Below, piece after piece: positions 41,057-55,617 of a DNA stretch of 64,000 bases. The DNA comes from Eledone cirrhosa (Eukaryota), in NCBI GenBank assembly GCA_964016885.1, contig OZ024745.1:52700001-52764000 (forward strand), in the 5' to 3' direction. The position numbers and the translations under genes are program-made. The notes under the pieces are model-generated. The model saw only the letters and a program-made list of their open reading frames with translations. It had not been told where the DNA came from and did no database searches. Each line of letters starts with the position of its first letter. Within the stretch, counting starts at the first letter, position 1.

Positions 41057-43259
41057 TTGTAAGTACAATATTATTATATAATTTAATCGGGAAATATTAT
41101 AGTATATACGAAGAAATATTATGGGAGGCCGAATTCACCTACGGTGTTTATGTTTGTTCTTGAGTAATATTCCTGCAAGATATGTAGTCTAATCACGGTG
41201 GCTTACAATAAACAAGACATATGTTCTTTTGAAAATTTGATTCAGAATTCAGCAATTAAGTATCTTTCAGTTTTGCTTTTAAACTTAAAAAACCAGGGAT
41301 TATCAAACGAATTATAATTTAACCCTGCCTGTGCATCAGTAAATGGAATTGATAACGAAACTCGGTTACTGAACTTTGGTGGTGATAATATTTAACATAT
41401 ATGGTATTAAAATGGTACAGTGCATGTGTACTTACCTGCCATTACTCTGTAATTTGAAATAAGCATGTGAGAGTTGTAAAACATACACATCTGATACAAT
41501 AATGAAGTAGTTTATCTTTGATTGGTTATGCAGTAAGAACTTCAGAGTAGAACATGAAAGTGATGTTTCCAAGCTCAATGAGGACATTTAAAATTCCCAA
41601 GCTAATGGCATTTTGTTATGGCGATATAGGAATCACGATAGATTGAAGAAAGATAATTCCATCCATTGGAAACCAAGTACCATGGTCTCACACGAAGGTG
41701 AATCATTCGAAAAGAGGCAACACGAATTAATAAGATACGATAGCCTATCAATTTCAAAGTGCACAATGAGTATGAAACTGCGCTGTTTTCTCGTCCAATA
41801 CACAATAACATACAAGCTTAAACAGAAGAAGCTTCCACATCGTGTTTTACATTGAGTAAGAGAGAGCTTGTGGTGTTGCGACCGGAGTGATCACTAGTCA
41901 TGGGAGTATTCAATTCATGGGCAGATGTAGAGTGGGTATAATCACGACCAGGCGTCAAGCGGTTTCGGATTTTGTTTTCAGAAAATCTATTATGCGCGCG
42001 CGTGTGTGTGTATGTATCAATGTACGTATGTATACATGTATTGTACGTATGTATGTATTATTTTCGTCTGGGAGTGAAAGGGCCCCAGTTGTTGTGACAA
42101 CAACTTTCTAAGAGGGAAACTCTGAAAAGAAAACTGCGGTTTTGGAAGCAGCCGATGATGTTGACCAGTTCTACTTTTCGGGTAGTGTTTCAATAGTGGG
42201 ATTGGTCGAGTGCAAGGACTTTCCCAACTTAAAAAAACCTTCAAAACACAGGCATTGCTTGTTCAGAACCTGTTACAGGCTCGGCTGGCTGGCCGTAGTC
42301 TAAAAGTGCATAAATTTCAGTAATCTGACAAGCGATTGCAATATTCTTAGCGAAGTTTGCAGCCATCCTGTATGTATTGTATGTGTACACATATTGACGG
42401 AATGAAATATACGAGGCCAGATTGATTTGAATCTACAAATTTCTGTGTTTGAATATGTCTATATTTTTGACTGGAGTGTAGTATCTTTGGTTTTTTTCTG
42501 TGTATATATGAATAGTTATGCTGCATAATTATAAATATCTTAGACTTACACATTCTTTTGATGATGATTTAATTACATAATATTTTCCAGTGCTATTAAA
42601 ACAAATATGTAAATTATGTACTTTCTTATAAATATACATACGTAACCTACTGCACTTTCCTAATTAATCCATTTACTTTTTTTTTAAATAAAAGCATTTA
42701 GAAAATCATATATACAAATGTGCCCTACATAATATGTTAAACCTATCCTACATAAAGCATCTACATTAATATACGTATATAGTCCCACAGTAGATTATAT
42801 TAATTACAGTCGCATAGAGTTACGCCCCTTTCCATTCGGAGTTCAAAACCCGCCATGGTTAACTTTGTCTTTCATCCTTACGGGGTCGATAAAGTAAAGT
42901 ACCAGTAATGCACTGGGTAATTGCTGGCCTTGTGCCAAAAGTAGTAACAATTATATTAATTACAGTCAAATCACACGACAGTGGGGATAATAGTATTAAA
43001 TTATATATCTAACTGACCTACTCTCTTTCACTCTCTCTCTTTATACACACACACACATGCATACCTATACATACATGCATACATACATATATATATTTAT
43101 ATATAATAATATATATGCAGTAAGAAACACAGTAAACCGTGTGTCTATTATTACAAGGGTTGAAAAACCACATTTGTTTGAAATATTTAACCAAGAAGCA
43201 GACAGAATGATAAAATAAAAATATATTATTATACAAACCGCCTCAATAACCATTATATC

Positions 43260-43336
43260 TCTCGGACAGATTATCCCTAATCTGTTTCGCCCTGAGTGTG
43301 TTTGTAACAGATAATCCTTGGGCATCATCAGCGAGA
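43260..43336 (-). ncRNA. Type I hammerhead ribozyme, the best formed in the window
   Basis: TCTCG-CTGATGA-T-GCCC-(27 nt)-GGGC-GAAA-CAGATTA-GGGA-TAATCTG-TC-CGAGA; GUC triplet and a GNRA-capped helix III. Lies in a solo unit of about 350 bp between TA-rich tracts. Confidence 0.9.
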
Positions 43337-44784
43337 AAATCTGATTAAATGCGACAAACACTATGTACCAACGTTCACACAGAAAGATGAAATTTATCAC
43401 CTCGTGCGCCGCTAGTCAAACGTGGTAAGCGTGTATTGAATAGAAACAACAGTCCAACACACAATATATATATATATATATTCCAAAGTGAGGTATTTTT
43501 ACAGAATGAAAAAAAACGAGGTGTCTTACACGAGTGAAAGTATAAGGAAAAAAGATGAAATCGAAAATGCAACTGGAGTCTTTTTTTTAAATATATATTT
43601 ATTTGGTTCCTTTACCAGTATCGCAGTTCTTCTGCTTTTCAAAAGTAGAATTGAGATGGAGGGTTTGTGATGGTTAGATAGATAGAGAGAGAGAGAGAAA
43701 CAGAGAGGGTGAGAGAGACAGAGTGCCGATGTTCGGAGGTATCGTCGTTTTAGGAAAGATTTTCAATAAAGATCCATCTGTTTCCTTAAACGACTAGCTG
43801 AGCGAATTTTCCATGTCTAAACCACACTATCTTCCGAGAACAGCGTAGACATCGGTACGTAATATATTTGTTGCTTCGTACTTAATCAGATGCGCATTGT
43901 GAGAGAGTTCGATTATCTATGTAGTCAGGAAACAGCTTAATTGAAATATGTCAGTACATACAATGGTGTCTCCAATTCCCATGGACTTTATATGAAAAGT
44001 AAGACCCTTTTTGCCTTCGTAGAATACGGAGAAAAGCCTACGTGCTAAAGTGACCTTGATGTGTTAAGCTTGGGAATATAATTATCTCATTGATTTTATG
44101 ATGCAGGGAAAATTACAGAAATGAAATATTCATATTTCTTATAGTTTGGAAATATAACCACAGTAGAAATCTGGAAAACGAAAATGTAAGATAATTCCCT
44201 AAATATAATAGTTCGAATTGTTTGGAGATATAATATTCAATTCAGTATTTTCAAAATGAAATAAATATTACAGACTATATCAAGTGTAATATTTCTTCCT
44301 TGCGAATTAGACCTAAATGTCTATAGGAGGAAATCTCATGTTGACAGACAGCTGATTTATACTAATCTCACAGGAGGAAACAATGATTCTCACGATGTAA
44401 ACCAATGAAACAAACGGTAATTCATCCGTGCATTCGACTCAGACATCAATGCCCTATATTAACATTGCAGCCTATGTGAAACGTCAAGCAGCATGTTTTT
44501 AATTTCATTACTACCATATATAACACAAGCAAAATGTGATATGAGCCAGTAAAAACAGAGGCATGACTGAAGCAAACCGACACAGTACATTCGATGTAAT
44601 TCAAGCACGTACCGATATAGAAATAAAATCGCTTTTTAGCGGCAATCAAGAACCTCTATTCTAGGAGTGCGTTGTGTAGCGAATCACTTACAATTAAGTG
44701 GCAAATTTTCACTCCCGATGGGAGAACTCCACGATCTTGCAAAAACATGTAGGGCTCTGCTATATATTTATTATTAAATTTAAA

Positions 44785-44968
44785 TTGGCAGTATCGGTAG
44801 AGGGTTGGACGCCATGCTTTGATGCATAGAGTTACGGCCCTTGCCATTCTGAGTTCAAATCCCGCCTAGGTTAACTTTGCCTTTCATCCTTACGGGGTCG
44901 ATAAAATAAAGTACCAGTATTGCACTGGGATAATTGCTGGCCTTGTGCCAAAAGTAGAAACAATTATT
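44785..44968 (+). mobile_element. tRNA-derived SINE family A
   Basis: Full A-box, B-box and body; the 3' end motif GTAGAAACAATTATT is duplicated just downstream. Confidence 0.9.
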
Positions 44969-45261
44969 AAATTACGAGGTAGAAACAATTATTGAAGATA
45001 ATGCACACACATAAACAACTACACATACATACACATATATGTGTGTTCACACGTGTGTGAATACACACATATGTGTGTTCGCACGTGTGTGAATATGCGC
45101 ATACCTGTGTTTACAAGTGTAGAAGAAGAAAATATATACTTGGAATAGTTGAGTTGAAAATGCTCACTAATATATATGTGTAAGAAGGTGAGTAATATTG
45201 TAGAACAATAAAAGTATGCAAATATCAGATAAGTAGCACTCAACAGTTGGTAGAACTGGAG

Positions 45262-45410
45262 TATATATTAAAGAAGGAATTAAAAGTGGGTTAAAGAAGT
45301 TCCATATATTTTATTATGCGCATTTCGAAAACAACATTGCTGAAATAATGCGCATAACAAAATATATGGAACTTCTTTAACCATCTTTTAATTTCTTCGT
45401 TATATATATA
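45262..45410. repeat. Short fold-back retaining the 3' half of an HHR
   Basis: Arms AAAGAAGTTCCATATATTTT.TTATGCGCATT and its reverse complement; the minus strand reads CGAAA-TGCGCA-TA. Confidence 0.7.
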
Positions 45411-45996
45411 CATGTATATATATATATATATAAAGAATCAAAAAGAACAGAAAGATGCAGTCAAAGAGATTTATTCGGTTCTAAAGTACGTTTCAATAGA
45501 CATCAATTTGCCTAGATCTCGCTGCATCTATAATATTATATAGTTAGTAGAGCATTCGACATCCAATGCACAATCGATCCCATATCATCAGAGATTATGT
45601 TAACCGCACCAGAATGTTCAGGTTTTTATAGGAATTCATGTGAAGTTGAAGTAGAGAAGAAGGAGGATATGTCAAAGACGAGAGAGATAGGGGGGTTTTT
45701 CATGGTTGTTGAGGTAAAACAGAGGGGAGGATAAAATACGATAATGAAGTCTAGATATGGACTAGTCCAACTGTGTGTGTGCTAGGGAGATGGTAGACGC
45801 TGATAGGTTTATGATCTATGATAGATAGAGGCAGAGGAGATTAGGCCGAGTGACTTGTAAAGTATGTAGGAGGAGATGTTGAATAGGGGAGATGTGGTCA
45901 ATAGAAGGCATAGCAACAATCCATGGGGACAGATAGAGGAGGTAGAAGGAATATAGAGGAAAGCAGAAGTCGCAGGATCAAATCAAGCCAGGTTTG

Positions 45997-47437
45997 ATGA
46001 TAGCTACTGGGTGCGCAAAGATCGACCATCTTTCTTTGATATCACGATGGGCTCAAACGATTCGGCCGAAGTTACGGACGTAGTGGGCATCTTCATCGCT
46101 GAAGCACTAGAGAAAAAATTCCGCAATCTACAAGGGGGCATCTACCGCGACGATGCGCTCCTTTTAGCTAAACACCTAAACAACCAGAAAATAGAAAGAT
46201 TACGTAAGCAAGTTAGCGAATTTTTAAACAGTCTTGGTTTTAGCATTACTTTTGAGTACAACCTGACTGAAACAAATTTCTTGGATGTAACATTTAATCT
46301 AGAGACGGGGGCATCCGCCCATTCCATAGATCTAATGAAAATATTATGTATGTTGACCATAAATCTAATCATCCACCCTCGGTTATACGGTCTATCCCTC
46401 GGGCCATCTCCCTTAGAATATCACGCCTGTCATCTACTCCCCAGGTCTTTAGTGAGCACGCTTACTACAATAACAACGCGCTTAAGGCGGCTGGATACCA
46501 AGACAAAATAGAGTACATAGATCCAGCACACCAATATAGAAATAAGGGCTCACAACGCACTAGCATTAACAATAATATAGGTACGATACACAACATACAC
46601 TTTCCGCACAGACATAGTCGAAATAGAAGCACACAACCCAGCCTAGCTAGTAAGCGGAATCGTAGCTACCTTTGGAACAACCCAATATACAATGCCTCAA
46701 CATCTCCTAAAATGTCTTCACTTTTCTTCAATTTAATCAAAACACATTTTCCTCCTGCACATCGATACGCTAAAATACTAAATCTAAAGTCCATTAAGCT
46801 TTCATATTCTAAAGCACCCAATCTCGATCTAATTATTAAAAAACTTGACTCCAAACGATTAGTCAGCACATCCACACGAAGCACCCCAAACTACATTAAC
46901 ACTTCCTCAAACTCTCAACCACTGAATGTAAACCCTCCTGCAGCAGACACACATATAAACCTAACGCAACCTGTACAAGATAATAATACTACAAGAGCTG
47001 ATAAGTGCAACTGCAACCTACCTAATCGTTGCCCTCTGAATAACAAATGCATGGAATCTAATATGGTATATCAATGCACCGTTGAATCGGATAACCGGAG
47101 ATGGCACTATATCGGCTGTACTTCTACCACTTTTAAATCTCGTTGGTACCAACACCGTAGTTCGATGAAGAACATCAAATACCATTCCGTAACTACCTTA
47201 GCCAATACAATTTAGCAGTTGCGCGAAAGTAACCTGCAATACATTTTGAAATGGACAAACCTCTCTAGTGCTTCCGCATATCGTGCAGGCCAGCCTTACT
47301 GCCGATTATGCAATATGAAGCTATTTTACATACTAAAATCGAATTATACTCTTCTCAACAACAGAACGGAAAGGACTCTATATTGCAATCACAGACTCAA
47401 GGCTACGTTCTCGAAATACAAACCTGGCTTGATTTGA
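45997..47437 (+). pseudogene. Naiad-type RT (from FDITMGS) plus GIY-YIG, with one frameshift and one stop
   Basis: FFDITMGSNDSAEVTDVVG, GGIYRDDAL, NFLDVTFNL, YVDHKSNHPP, WNNPIY, CNCNLPNRCPLNNKCMESNMVYQCTV...YIGCTSTTFKSRWYQH, YCRLCN, LLNNRTE..YCNH. Confidence 0.94.
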
Positions 47438-47802
47438 TCCTGCGACTTCTGCTTTCCTCTATCTTCCTTCTACCTCCTCTATCTGTCCCCATGGATTATT
47501 GCTATGCCTTCTATTGACCACATCTCCCCTATTCAACATCTCCTCCTACATATTTTACAAGTCACTCGGCCTAATCTCCTCTGCCTCTATCTATCATAGA
47601 TCATAAACCTATCAGCGTCTACCATCTCCCTAGCACACACACAGTTGGACTAGTCCATATCTAGACTTCATTATCGTATTTTATCCTCCCCTCTGTTTTA
47701 CCTCAACAACCATGAAACACACCCCTATCTCTCTCGTCTTTGTCATATCCTCCTTCTTCTCTACTTCACATGAATTCCTATAAAAACCTGAACATTCTGG
47801 TG

Positions 47803-47933
47803 CGGTTAACATAATCTCTGATGATATGGGATCGATTGTGCATTGGATGTCGAATGCTCTACTAACTATATAATATTATAGATGCAGCGAGATCTAGGCA
47901 AATTGATGTCTATTGAAACGTACGTTAGAACCG
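47803..47933 (+). ncRNA. Type I hammerhead with about 90-nt helix II domain; mirror copy at 45476-45606 (-)
   Basis: TCT-CTGATGA-T-ATGGGATCGATT...AATTGATGTCTAT-T-GAAA-CGTACG-TT-AGA, with distal CGGTT/AACCG pairing and palindromic helix III. Confidence 0.78.
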
Positions 47934-48795
47934 AATAAATCTCTTTTACTGCATCTTTCTGTTCTTTTTGATTCTTTATACACGCCCCGGAATATAGCTA
48001 AACTGGAATATACACCTATTTTCTGCATTTCGTTGAGTACCACTCTGTTGTAAGCTGACCTTCCCCTACACGGTACATAACACCGTGTCCTGGAAAACCT
48101 TAATGCACTCGTGCACAAACCAAATATATATATATAGTTAAATAATATAACAAGGACGATTGGCTGCTCCTTCATATTTATTTGTTGCTGACGCGCGTTT
48201 CGCCACTGACCAGCTCAAGGTTCGATCTGTATCGGACTGACCTGACTCTGTAATCTGCGGCTCGTCCAACGCCTTGTAATGTTAATGGAAGAATGAATAC
48301 ATGCTGTATGCCAACGTCAGAAGTTCGAATGGTGGTCAGTAAAATTTGTTTTGCTTGGTGGATTAGTTCATAGGGATGTATTTGCCTGTAGTGCATGTGG
48401 GGGTGGGGGTACTGAAAATGTTGTGGTGTCGAACGTAGGTTGAAATGGGCGGTGTGTGGGGGTGCTGGCTGTCGGTAGACAGTTTGGCATGTATACGTGG
48501 CTGATTTTTGTGTGTGAAATGGGTGTGGTGTAGTTGTTTGTAATAAAGATGAAAAATAGCGGTGTTTATGGTGGTGTGATGATTGTGTTCGTGGTTTCTT
48601 TTCCCTAAGGAGATACATACAGACACACTAAGTCTGACAAATACGTAGTATAGATAGACATGTATATATATATATGTGTCTGTGTGTGTGTGTGTCTGTG
48701 TGTAGACATATATGTACGAACGCCATCACCACTGGCTCTCTCTCCCTATCTCTCTCTCTATATATATATGTATATATATATAGAGAGAGAGAGAG

Positions 48796-48863
<68 letters not shown>

Positions 48864-48869
<6 letters not shown>

Positions 48870-49250
48870 GGAAAAGAATGAAACGAAATGTCATGTCTCA
48901 CTCTTAGTACGTCTCATACTTAAATGTAAGTATGTATACGTACATACATATATGTTCGGCAAACATCGTCGCCTTTTTGTTCAACACTGACACAGGAACG
49001 ATGTATTAGTTTCAAGCTTATTATCTATCGTCAGCATCGTATACCTTCCTGTCAGATGATTGAACGTTTGAAAGTATATACTTTCCTTATGCATATTAAC
49101 GGCTGAGCAGCCTAATTTGCATTTCGAGTGAGTTAGTCGGCCGGGCGTACCGAAACGATAAATGGAAAAGAATGAAACGAAATTTCATTTCTCACTCTTA
49201 GTACGGCTGATACTTAAATTTAACTATGTATACGTACATACATATATGTA
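48864..49250 (-). mobile_element. Non-coding unit with about 90-bp direct repeats (period 294) and a central minimal HHR
   Basis: ATAAATGGAAAAGAATGAAACGAAAT... at 48864 and 49158. Confidence 0.75.
48998..49040 (-). ncRNA. Minimal type I hammerhead
   Basis: ACGATG-CTGACGA-T-AG..CT-T-GAAA-CTAA-TA-CATCGT: 6-bp helix I and intact core, with very short helices II and III. Confidence 0.7.
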
Positions 49251-49380
49251 TACAGACGTACATTAGTATGTATATATACATTCACACATATATATATATA
49301 TGTACGTATGGGCTTACCGAACATTTATTATAATGTTCAGTTTGTTTGTAAACAAACAGCCTGAATTACGCTGTACAGTG

Positions 49381-49462
<82 letters not shown>

Positions 49463-49652
49463 TAAAATAACAGATTAAAGTTTAAGCAAATAATCGCTGC
49501 TTTCACCCTTAACGGGATCTTGTGAAACTAACAGTCAATATGTGAACGCAGAAGTGAATATCTTAAAAAAACGTTGCACCACAGGAAGACAGGAAGACGA
49601 TACATCGGTTCGTGTAAACGTTCCCTGGCAAAGAACGGGATAAAAATATATA

Positions 49653-49692
<40 letters not shown>

Positions 49693-50333
49693 CACACATA
49701 TATATATATATACACACACAATCTTGCTGTGTTTATTAAATTATACCGTAGTTAATAGTTTATCGACTTCATTCTGAAATGTGTATCTAACATTCAAATT
49801 ATAAAGAATGTTCGTATCAATATCGAAAACAGTTTGCCAATATTGAATATAATAATTTCTTCCTTGATTTCGCATTTTTAGAAATAAAACAAGTAGTTAC
49901 TAAGTAAGTGAATGATATACAACCTGTTATTGATTATCGTTTTTCTTAACTCAAAACAATATGTTTCTTATCTTTCTTGTACACGATTGATATAAATATC
50001 TGTTTCATATTTGGGGATATATACTTATTAACGTATGAGGAGAGGATTAGAGGTACTGCTTGACGCATATATTCATTTATATAATGAGAGATGATATAAC
50101 TCATACACCTTCATTGCTAAGACATAAAGAAGACATAAGCACAAGGATATAGTTACTTAAGTGGTTGTTATTGTTATATGATTTAACATTGTGTCTGTAA
50201 AGAGGATATGTAACATTTCAATTTCTCACCAGTATTTTGTCAAAACCTTAATCAATGAATGGTTAAGAGGTGTAATGATCCACGACATTATTATTAACAT
50301 ATGTTTCATTTAGACGCAGTCCATTTAGATTTA

Positions 50334-50383
<50 letters not shown>

Positions 50384-50489
50384 TGTGGAAACGCAACCTT
50401 AAAAATCTACTAAGCGGAGGCTTGTCCTGATAGAAATAACATCCTACATCCCTTAATTACCGCGTGTCATATATATATATTGAGAAAAA

Positions 50490-51460
50490 TAATCCTGAAT
50501 ATTCATTAAGGTGAGGGCGTCGTGATGCAACCAAACTTTATCATAGATCATACATCTCCTTTGTCAATTATAATCAGGTGATAAATAAGAACGAGCAGTG
50601 GCACACGAGAGACGGTTTCTAGTTGATCAGGTTTTACTGGCCGTTAAAGAGAGACAGATTCAAGTTGAAGAAGAACGTCAGTTTTAATGCTTGACATTAT
50701 ATACATTAGAGATATTGAGATTGAATGCAATAAGACCACAGAGTAATTTCTATTCCTGTATACGAGAAAAGCTTCAACTAGATTTCAAAGAGCTGGCTAT
50801 AAGAGAGGGTGAGACTGAAAGGTTTGTTGAATAAAGCTCCGTTTTGGGTAATATTATTTGAGATTGGTTCATTGGGCATTTTCAAGGTCGGTAACAGTGT
50901 TGGCGCAGGTGAAGATTTCTCTGTTGGAGTTTGAGCTGATCCCTGTGGTGGCGGAATTTTCTTTGTGAAAGTGTTAGAATTGAATCTGTTTCGAGTATTT
51001 ACGTGAAAATTGTTCGATCAAAGAAATGGCTAAATATATGCGTTCAGTCACCTGCTTAGTTTGTTTCTGGTAGTTCAGGAGTGACGCTCATGTAGTTCCA
51101 TGGATAGTTGGCGTAAAATTGATTGAATAATGACAAATTGGCTGATATGAAGTGCATAGTATTCGGTGACTGGGTTTTGTTTACTAACATGTGAGAATGT
51201 GTTTAAATGTTCGGATTGACATTATGTCAAACAGGGCAATGATTTTGGAATGAGGCGAAGGGAGGTATTGGTATTCAATATAGGAGGAGATATATTCAAA
51301 AATGTGTCGGTGATTGAAGGATTTTGCAGATAGGTAAACGGCACTAATTCATTTGAGGGGGGGGGGGGGTCAATGGGGAACTTGAGTCAGAATATCAGTA
51401 TTGATTTCTCAAGGGTTTATTTCTTTTTCATATGTTGGCGAACTGAAACAGATGACTGCC
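50490..51460 (-). pseudogene. Possible highly decayed PLE linker and endonuclease region
   Basis: ELVPFTYLQNPS and a frameshifted CQS..LKHILT-like segment resemble the PLE post-thumb linker; weak. Confidence 0.35.
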
Positions 51461-52143
51461 TCATGAATGGCAGGTCCTCAGCATGAAGGCTGCTACGGCT
51501 ATTTGCAATAAGCACCTATAGACTAGGTGGTGATGTTTAATTAAGAAACATTTTGCGCTTACAGGGTGATCTAAAAATTATATTCGTGATTCCCCACAAG
51601 GCTACGTTTTAGGAGTGCAAGTCACTGAACATGAGGACGAAGACAACTTCTTTTGTCGTGTTAGTATATTAACATGGATGACATCATATCGCCTGAATAT
51701 TATGTGTACTGAAATGAGTTATTTCAAAGCCTACTAAAAGTTAAGTTAATTCAAGTGTAATAACGGCGTGTCAAATGGAAACTAAAAATATATTGAAAGA
51801 CAATTTAAGTATTACGTATTCTTGTTCATGACTAGCGCTATAATTTTCATATTTTTTTAATATAATTATATTTTACTAGACACGAAAATGTATTTAAAGA
51901 TATTGTATTTAACTTTTTTTATATTTTATCTAACAGTTAAGAAATCCCCGAAACGCCACTTTATTCTTATATTCAAATAATACGCTTTATTATCTAACAA
52001 TCAATTTAATCAAGAGTTGCTGCAAGCTTTTCATGACCGCTTCTTGGTTATCAAGTTGCAGTGAACATTTCCTTCTTATACAGATTTATTTCTTTTCGTT
52101 ATTTATGTCTTATTACGCCCCGGTGGAAAATTAAAGAAATGAG

Positions 52144-52184
52144 TATTATTATTATGATTATTATTATTATTATTATGATTATTA

Positions 52185-52237
<53 letters not shown>

Positions 52238-52250
52238 ATTCTTCTTCTTC

Positions 52251-52291
<41 letters not shown>

Positions 52292-52316
52292 ATTCTTCTT
52301 CTTCTTCTTCTTCTTC

Positions 52317-52384
<68 letters not shown>
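52144..52384. repeat. (ATT)n/(CTT)n trinucleotide microsatellite
   Basis: Seen directly; it explains the poly-I and poly-L ORFs. Confidence 0.98.
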
Positions 52385-52385
<1 letters not shown>

Positions 52386-53628
52386 GTTTTCCACTTCCTT
52401 TTGGTTTTTGGTTTATTTTATTTTATTTATTCATCTATTCATTCATTTATTGCTTATAAATGAAATTACTTCTTCTTTATTAGGTTACCAGTGATGCAGA
52501 CATTTCTGCAAGTGATAGTGAATCGATCACGTGAATTCTAAAATTTGGCAAGTAAATGTAACTGATCAGTACTCAAATGGCACTCTCCGTTATTTTATTA
52601 GAATGTCATAATAAATCCGTGGAGTTGTTTATTGAACTGTTCTTTCCCTGTTTGTTATTGAAACGAACTAATTGTCGACGCCATTAAAATGGTGGCGGGT
52701 ATGAGAAGAAGGTCGTCATCCTGATGGCATTAGATTGTAACAATATACGTAGAACTTTATTCGCCGCAGACGAAATTTGAATTGCTTATATTAGTTCATT
52801 CTATTACCGCTCTGCTGTGCCAGTTTCTTGGCTCTCTTTCTCTTCCGATGTGCATTTCTAAGGATTGACTCTGAAATCAAGATAAAACGATATTCATGTT
52901 CAATAATTAACTTCTTTTTTTTCCTTTTTCTCTCTCACTTTTTCAGTAAATTATACCTAAAGGAACAAATACATAGAATACTTTCTAAACTGAATTAGTC
53001 ACGCTGAGCTAATCACTGCAGGCTTAATATTCCTCTCAGATCTTTCTAGAATATCGCCGGCGTCTGACGTTTCTGGTTGCTAGCATTACAACTAGTACAT
53101 TTAATAACGTACCATCCGCCGCTGCTTCACTGTCGCTTTTGATTGTACATAATGGCTTAATGTACTACATGAATGTTATTAGTGTGTAACTAACAGAACA
53201 ATGTGACATCATTGTTTTAGACAACCACATATGCAGGATCACACACGCGCACCACACACATACGCTCAAATGAAATGCACACACGCATATGTGCATCTAC
53301 ATCATTGTATAACAAAATGTTATTTCTAAGCTACGACAATGCAAAATAGATAGTAGAGTTTGAAATAAATTAAATTGAAGGGTACGAAGATGTTGATATA
53401 GCACCTGTTATATTATATGCCTGACCTAATATTTCGAGCCTAGAACCTCTTCGTCAAAAGACTATAATAAGAAACTGGCTCGAAGAACGAGATTATATTG
53501 TTATAGGCTCGCCTGCAGCATTGAAAGAACATATTGCGTGATACACTAACACAATGCTTGAAGCAATCTACAACACTGTTATACTCATACAAACATACAC
53601 ATTCATATATATATATATATATGTATGT

Positions 53629-54168
<540 letters not shown>

Positions 54169-54204
54169 ACACATAGAAACATTTCTCAAATAAATTCATA
54201 ATCT

Positions 54205-54241
<37 letters not shown>

Positions 54242-54400
54242 ATATGTGTATATATATGTATACATATATATGTATGTATACATATATATGTATACATATA
54301 TATATATGTATACATATACATATGAAAGTATACATATATATGTATACATACATGTATATTATTACTGTTCTTTTCTGATCTCTCTCTATCTGTCTGTCAT

Positions 54401-54905
<505 letters not shown>

Positions 54906-55498
54906 ATTTTTACTCCAATTATTTGTTGAGTGCTTTATATCAGTTATAAACATATGTGCTTGTTGTATCCCAATAATTTAAATAGAACTTTTACATATAT
55001 ATATATATATAATAAAAGTATGTGTTCCTACATGTAAAAAATACATATAGGGATACAAGTATCATCCAACCGTATGCCATTTGTATCCCTATATGTACTT
55101 TTCACATGTAGGAACACATACCTATATGATTAATCTCCCCTAAGGTTGAGAAATCTTTTGGTCGTTTGAACTGCTGCTATTTTTAGTAGCAGGAGATTGA
55201 CCTGTCCGCCCTGCTTTCTGTCTTTACACGCGGCACTAGACAAGATTGTTTCTTTTCTCATTCACTCTCATTCGCGTACAGTTCTGTATGGCGCCAGTTT
55301 GTGATTTGAACTCGAAAATGTTATATTCTCCGAGCGAGAAAATCCTTCTGACGAAAATCTTTCTCAATGGAAATGCGCTTGGATTATCTGTTTATTTTGG
55401 GATTGGAAACCGCGGTAAAGGCACATATAGTAAGTACAGCGAAGTTTTTTTAATTTATTTTAAAACTTTTTCTCTATTTGCTAAATCTTGATTTTATA

Positions 55499-55617
<119 letters not shown>

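Larger units (their letters stand above)
45429..47980 (+). mobile_element. 5'-truncated Naiad-type PLE with about 565-bp inverted pLTRs
   Basis: 45429-45996 is the near-identical reverse complement of 47419-47980; the coding remnant lies between them. Confidence 0.92.

Noticed and set aside
38723-44968. tRNA genes
   Set aside because: The A and B boxes continue into a shared non-tRNA body and tail in many copies, so these are SINE heads.
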